Positions 58,727-64,000 of a stretch of 64,000 bases of DNA are shown one piece after another. The notes below the pieces were generated by a model that saw only the letters and a program-made list of their open reading frames with translations, was not told the origin of the DNA and did not search any database. Each line of letters starts with the position of its first letter. The first letter of the stretch is position 1. The stretch lies in NCBI GenBank assembly GCA_001179505.1, contig CDMY01000488.1, forward strand, positions 297,652-361,651, in the 5' to 3' direction. This DNA is from Vitrella brassicaformis CCMP3155. Taxonomy: Eukaryota > Protista > Chromerida. Made by a program: the position numbers and the translations under genes.

Positions 58727-60328
58727 CTACTTCCTGCTTGCCCCCGTTTCAGGCCTGCTCTTCCTCAGCGGCCCGTAGATGACCCCATCCACCGCCACGG
58801 CCTGCGCCGACGCCGACGCCGATGCCGATGCCGATGCCGATACCGCCCTTCTTTCCCCCTGGCCCCTCTGCGCCGTCTTCTCCCTCTCACTCTCCCTGTG
58901 CATCGTGGCCTTGTAGTGTGACTGAGCCATCCCCAGCAGTGTCAGTGGAGGATCCGGCGAGCAGGTGCTGCGATTGCCGGAGGACGAGTCGGCTCGCGAC
59001 GTCTCTGGCGTAGGGAGGGCGTGGGATTGGCACGTGCACGAGAAGGGCAGACACGGAGCCCGCTTGGCTGGCAGGTTTGTCCGATTCGCTCTCCTCACCA
59101 ACGAGTCCGTGATCTCGAGCACCGTCCTGCGCGGCTCCCTATCCTCTTGTCCTTCTTCCCTCTCGGCCACCATTGTGTGTGGGAATCGTGGTTCGCTCGT
59201 GTGGTCGCTCGGCGGCTGCTGCTCAGATGAGTCGGTATACGATAGGCTGGCGCTTGAGGAAGACGGTGACGGTTGCGGTGAGAGGGGAGGGCCGGTCGGC
59301 AGCTGGTCGATGTCTATGTCTGGTGGGCATGGGGGCGGGAGTGGCAGCAGTGGAGGTGGAAGGATGGAGTCCTCGGACAGGTCGCTCAGCAGGGGCTTCA
59401 TGAGACCTGACGGCGGGGTGTCGTCGGGCAGCGAGATCGACACACTTTGGGGTGACGCTGTCAGCCAGGCAGACACACACAGACAGCAATGTGAGCTGCA
59501 AGTGCAGTGAGCTTGTGCAGCGTACGTACCCGCATTCGTCGTTCGCGGCGACATGCCGGGCAGCCCCGTGATGGTCGTGACGGTTGGCAGCTCCGTTGGC
59601 ACCGCACCCATAGTGATCGACAGCGCCTTTGGTGACACGATCGGCAAGTCACACGCCCCGAAGGGCATCAACGCCGACATGATGCCTCTGCCCACACACG
59701 ATGACGACCACAGGGAGGTCTCCACCAACGTCGTTGCACCGTCCCCGTCCTCCTTCCCCGCGGCCCCCCTGCTGAGCCAGCCCGGGCACCAGGTCGGCCG
59801 GCAGGCCACGACCCCAACCCCCTGTTTGCCGTCATCCGCACCTTCAATCACCACTCTGTCACGACGGCTGCTTGCCCCGGGAAACAGGCAACGCCCCTCT
59901 GATGATGGAACGGGCGACGAGAAGGGGGGCATTGCCTGCGACCGAGAGCCGAGCGAGCGGCTGTAGATGTATGGGTGTGGCAGGAAGGCCGGGAAGTGCG
60001 GCGCCGCGACGAGGAAGGCTGTCCAGGGGTGTGAGCGGCAGAAGGTGTGGATACAGTGAACGAAGTCGCCGTGGAAGTTGGCCTCGTGGCCGTTGAGGGG
60101 CGTGGGGGTGCTGGGCGCGTCATCATTGCCGTTGAGCGGGACAATGCTGCTGCAGCAAATGTCACCATCGCCATCGCCGTCGCCATCTCCCTGTGCGAGT
60201 GAGCTGCCGCTCTCCCTGGCGACGCTGCTGCTCTTCTCGGGCGTGTCCTCGGGGACGTGGTCGATGGCAAAACACCCACGGGGAGGCAGCTGGAGAGTGA
60301 GGGGAAGCTGCGCTGGTGTGGCCGCCAT
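58727..60328 (-). CDS. S/P-rich low-complexity hypothetical protein
   Basis: 533-codon ORF with an ATG start and probable internal intron(s) (microsatellite stretch at about 59460-59530). No recognisable domain. Confidence 0.4.
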   Translation of the reverse strand: MAATPAQLPLTLQLPPRGCFAIDHVPEDTPEKSSSVARESGSSLAQGDGDGDGDGDICCSSIVPLNGNDDAPSTPTPLNGHEANFHGDFVHCIHTFCRSHPWTAFLVAAPHFPAFLPHPYIYSRSLGSRSQAMPPFSSPVPSSEGRCLFPGASSRRDRVVIEGADDGKQGVGVVACRPTWCPGWLSRGAAGKEDGDGATTLVETSLWSSSCVGRGIMSALMPFGACDLPIVSPKALSITMGAVPTELPTVTTITGLPGMSPRTTNAGTYAAQAHCTCSSHCCLCVSAWLTASPQSVSISLPDDTPPSGLMKPLLSDLSEDSILPPPLLPLPPPCPPDIDIDQLPTGPPLSPQPSPSSSSASLSYTDSSEQQPPSDHTSEPRFPHTMVAEREEGQEDREPRRTVLEITDSLVRRANRTNLPAKRAPCLPFSCTCQSHALPTPETSRADSSSGNRSTCSPDPPLTLLGMAQSHYKATMHRESEREKTAQRGQGERRAVSASASASASASAQAVAVDGVIYGPLRKSRPETGASRK

Positions 60329-60684
60329 CGCCTAGCGGACTATATGATACGCAACGGCAATCGTAAATATCAGGAGGAGCGTAGTGATGTTTCTCACGGG
60401 AGAGCAGAGTCACATCAAAGTAACGAATACATTGGCCCTATTGCTTAATTAGACTGCAGACCCGGAGGCCGAGACAATAAGACAGCACAGCCAAGCCAAC
60501 CTCTCTCTCGATCGCCCCCCCCCCGATAGGACAGTCATCCCTCCCTCCCTCGCTCGGTCGTCCCCCTTCCTCCATCCCTCCCTTCCCGGCCTTGAAAGCT
60601 ATTGAGCCCAGATTGACAGCGCAGTCCCTCCCTGCTTCAGCTGTGCTGTCTGCCGGCCAATCACTCACTGCAGAACAGCCTGCA

Positions 60685-61669
60685 TCACTTGGTGGATGCC
60701 CGCTGGATCTTGACGATGTTAGGGCTCCATCCATCGATCGACGAGTTGGCCCGGGCCAGCCATGCAGCGGCTGCATTGCACTGACGCACAGTCCCGATGC
60801 GCTTGAAGCGCAACGACCTCCACTCGTGGCCATCGCCAGGGACGTAACAAGACTGCCCCTGCTGATTCTTCTCAACCGCAGCGCCCTCCTGCACAGTCTT
60901 CTTGCTTCGTCTCTTCTTGCCAGTCGTCTCGTTCTCGTCTTTTTTCCCGTCGCCCGCTGCTCCGATGGTGTTGGCTTTTGTCTTCAGCTCATCGCTGTGA
61001 TCTGCGTGCAGAGCAGCTGCAGCGCCGTGCTGCTGAGTCTTCTTGCCTCCTCTCTTTTGGGCCAGGCGTCTCGTTCTCGTCGCTTTTCTCGTCGGGACGC
61101 TTTTCTCTCTTTCTCGTAGCCGTCGTCCCGCTCGTGCTTGTCTTCAGCTCATCGCTGTGATGTCCGTCCAGTGCATCACCCGCAGCCATCTCCCCCCGCT
61201 TGTGCCCATGGAGATGAGGTGGCGACTTGTCCTCCTGCGCCATCAGCACGGTCTCTCGGGCAGCATGTTCATCATTTGTTGCTGCGCGACGCTCGTGTAT
61301 CTTGGTCAGGCGAGTGTGCGTCGAGTGCGGGACCAGAAGGGTGGATGGAGGTCGACGATGTGTTGCTTGCCCCGTCGAATCTGTGTGTGCTTTCTTCAGT
61401 CGCTGATATGTCGAACGCACCACCACAGGACGATTCTCGGAGTCCTTCCCTGCCCATGCGCTCTCACAGAAACAGCACAAATGAGCCAACCGAAGGCATG
61501 CATCCGCATGTGAGTCACCGTACATACCTTCATTCTTGCGTTTCTGTGCCGCTTCATCTCCTCTCGCTAGATCAGCCTTGGCTGTCTTCCTCCCCCAGGC
61601 ATCCTTGCCGCTGATCTTCGTCTTGCGTGGTGCCGTTTTGCCATCTCTGTCCCACTTGAGCGTCGCCAT
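60685..61669 (-). pseudogene. K/E/R-rich hypothetical gene with an internal tandem repeat and an apparent +1 frameshift
   Basis: MATLKWDRDGKT... with an intron at about 61.5 kb. Two HSDELKT...DENET(P/T)G units; the first has CCAA where the second has AAG, which shifts the frame at about 61057-61062. Confidence 0.4.
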
Positions 61670-61928
61670 GTCGCTCCCCACACCGATGTAGACCCTCGGC
61701 AGGCCATTGCTCCTCAACACCCCTCTCTCCATGTGCACGCAGCCGAGAGCACTCCAATACACTCAGAAAAGGATTTCTGGCAAAGTAAACGCGTTGTAGG
61801 CACGCCCCAAGGGCTTGGAAGGCCCAGATGGTTGAAGATCTGCGAGCTTTTGACGGGGAAAGCTAAGCTCGCAGGATTCACGCCGCCACTGCTCCTGCCG
61901 AAGGGGTCTTCGCGCTGCCCTCCACAGA

Positions 61929-63130
61929 ATGGCTCCCAGCTTCAGTGGTCCTTTCAACCCCGAAGTCACGCATTTTCAGCGATTCTTGACCGGGCAGCTG
62001 TCGCAAGAGGCATATTTCGGCCTCCGGCATCAGGACGAGGCGTGGGCTCTCTCCGAGATCAAGACGGCTGACCCTTCCCCTACACCCCAGGTGCAGATTG
62101 CCCTCCACACGTTTATGACCCTCTCTGACCGCCGGACAGTTTGGCTCGGCATCCATCTCGACACAGGCGGCAAGCGGTACGATAACTTCCGCAGCTGTCC
62201 CATCGAGTACCACAACAAAGACCAGTCGAGGCGCGGTGGTCCCTCCATCACAGGGCTGAAGAACACAAAGCGTGTGCTGGATCGGCTGGTGAGGGACCTT
62301 ATGCGCAACGGGGTTTATCCGCATCCCTTCATTACCGTGTCATGCAGTTTGGCGCAGCTATCTAGCATGAGCACAGAGGTAAACAAGTAGTGGCATGCAA
62401 GCGTTGTCTATTTTCTTATTTGTTTGATGTCTGCTCTACTCTCAGGCACACACCATCACGCTCCCGAATGTCCACTCTGATACCCGCAACGGGCCGATGC
62501 GTCCCTACTGCTTCCTGCCGCCTGATGAGGCCTTCAGTCTCATTCTTGGTGGCACCGTCGACACTCTGTTGGGGCTGGAGGCAGGCAGTGAGATCAGGAC
62601 AGCAGTCGAGGCAGCGCTCTCGGAGTTGAAGCAGGGAGAAGGCTCCGAGATCCCCTGGGACCAGCCCATGTTGCACCAGTCCTGGTGGCGACAGGTGGTG
62701 GAAGAGAACCTGGCGGAATTCATCAGGCCCGTTCTTGATAAACACTGTGCAAAACAGGCTTCAGCGGTGAGTGGGAAGGGGAGAAAGTATCGGTATGATG
62801 TGCTTGTAACGTCTTTGCCGTGCTGCTGAGTGTGTTAAGGCCTTATCAGTCTCAGCGTTGCGCTCTCACGTAGTTGACAAGTTTCTGCAGGCGTGGGATG
62901 GTTACCGCTTTGCAACACTTCAGCACATAGAATGGCCAGACATGCAACTAATGGGAATACCCGAGCAGGCCTACGGACAGCTTCAAGAACTCTTGAGGGG
63001 GCGCCTGGTGGGAGTGGGAATGGACTATAGCTTGGGGCAGCTGGATTTGGGTAATGAGGGGCTGTCAGGATTGCCAGCTTGGCAAGACGAACCACTGCGA
63101 GCTTGTGAGCTAGGGTATATTGCTGTGTAA
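61929..63130 (+). CDS. Three-exon hypothetical protein
   Basis: ORFs 61929-62390, 62497-62829 and 62858-63130 are linked by in-phase GT-AG introns (MSTE/AHTITLP; QASA/AWDGYRF). Confidence 0.55.
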
Positions 63131-63902
63131 CGGGTGGAGAGATGAGAAGACAAGGAAAGACAAGGAAAGCATTCTGAGGAGACACGATCTTATCAGCCAT
63201 CACCGAAGTGAGATCTGTGTTGACCACCCTTCATGATGCCATACATGGGCCAGGAAGTGATTGAATGAATGAATGAATGAATGAAGGGGGGGAAACTGTC
63301 ATTAACCGTAACACTCGTCTGTGTGTCCGTGATACTCATACAAATACAGTCCCATCAGCACGCAGACTCAAACAGGCTCAAGGGGAGGAGGGATCAATCC
63401 CCGCCCCATCAGCACACCCCAGTCCCGCAAACCCTCCCCTCCCTCCTGCATGCGCAACAGGGGGGCCCGCCGCCGTCTCGCGGGATGAGGGTAGGTGGAG
63501 GGGGTTGGGTGTAGTCCGATACACGCTCGCTCATCCGAAAAGGAGGAGAAACAGCCGAGAAATCACCAACTCAATCATGGGGGGTAAGATGAATGAATGA
63601 ATGGACAGAAACAACTTTGACTGATTGGCCAGTCCATCGGTCTTATTAAAGAAAAAGCACTCTTACTCTGGGACTTACCGCCCAGCAGATCCTCTATTCA
63701 GCTAACTACAGGAAAGGTCCTCACCGGCCTTTTCTCTCATGGGCGCAGCAACTTGGTTCTTGCTTATCTGAGCCGAAGTCTTCACCAGCTGACTGACAGA
63801 TCCTAACAGGTCTATCAGTGTCTTGCGCAGTATCAGCAGCAGTCAACTACTAGCAGTATCTGAAGAAAGACAATAACTACATCAACAAAGCAGACAGGAG
63901 AG

Positions 63903-64000
63903 ATGACACTCAATCTCAAGACAAAGGCCACCTTCCCCGTCTTTACCGGCAGGAGTGGCGAGAACGACATCAAGTGGCGTGAATGGGACTTTACTCTCAG
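63903..64000 (+). mobile_element. Possible start of an LTR-retrotransposon gag ORF running off the window
   Basis: MTLNLKTKATFPVFTGRSGENDIKWREWDFTL resembles gag N-termini (FxGxx...WxxWxF). It follows about 300 bp of microsatellite-free, more AT-rich sequence. Confidence 0.35.

Noticed and set aside
1-64000. Most ORFs in the six-frame track (rich in CVCVC, THTHT, DRQTDRQ, PSIHPSI)
   Set aside because: They are translations of intronic or intergenic microsatellites, or antisense shadows of GC-rich exons.

Overview
Eukaryotic, GC-rich and intron-dense window with short GT-AG introns full of (CTGT)n, (GT)n and (CCAT)n microsatellites, plus four 300-N scaffold gaps. Composition, intron style and gene content (ApiAP2 factor, bipartite plastid-targeting leader, BTB-TLDc and ankyrin families) point to a chromerid alga, probably Vitrella brassicaformis; this is an inference. 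About 25 spliced genes or gene relics were reconstructed by hand, so exon boundaries are manual. Well-supported genes: a BTB+TLDc protein, a triple-AP2 transcription factor, an AAAP amino-acid transporter, a TPR protein, a frameshifted ankyrin protein, a nucleoredoxin-PUB fusion, an SDR, TRAPPC4/Trs23 and plastid-targeted DUF3119. Highlights: (1) a tandem array at about 46.7-53.9 kb of type II membrane glyco-enzyme genes, in which copy 1 fuses a polysaccharide pyruvyltransferase to a GT8 glycosyltransferase and copy 2 joins the same membrane anchor directly to GT8; (2) an adjacent decayed Ty3/gypsy-like pol carrying host-style intron-like segments; (3) an IQ-motif exon module duplicated onto two unrelated C-termini, with the CBM48-like copy pseudogenised; (4) an orphan GH3 catalytic exon; (5) an unrecognised twice-repeated domain in the AP2 factor; (6) very tight gene packing, with only 20 bp between the Trs23 stop and the SDR start. 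No rRNA, tRNA or CRISPR features were recognised.
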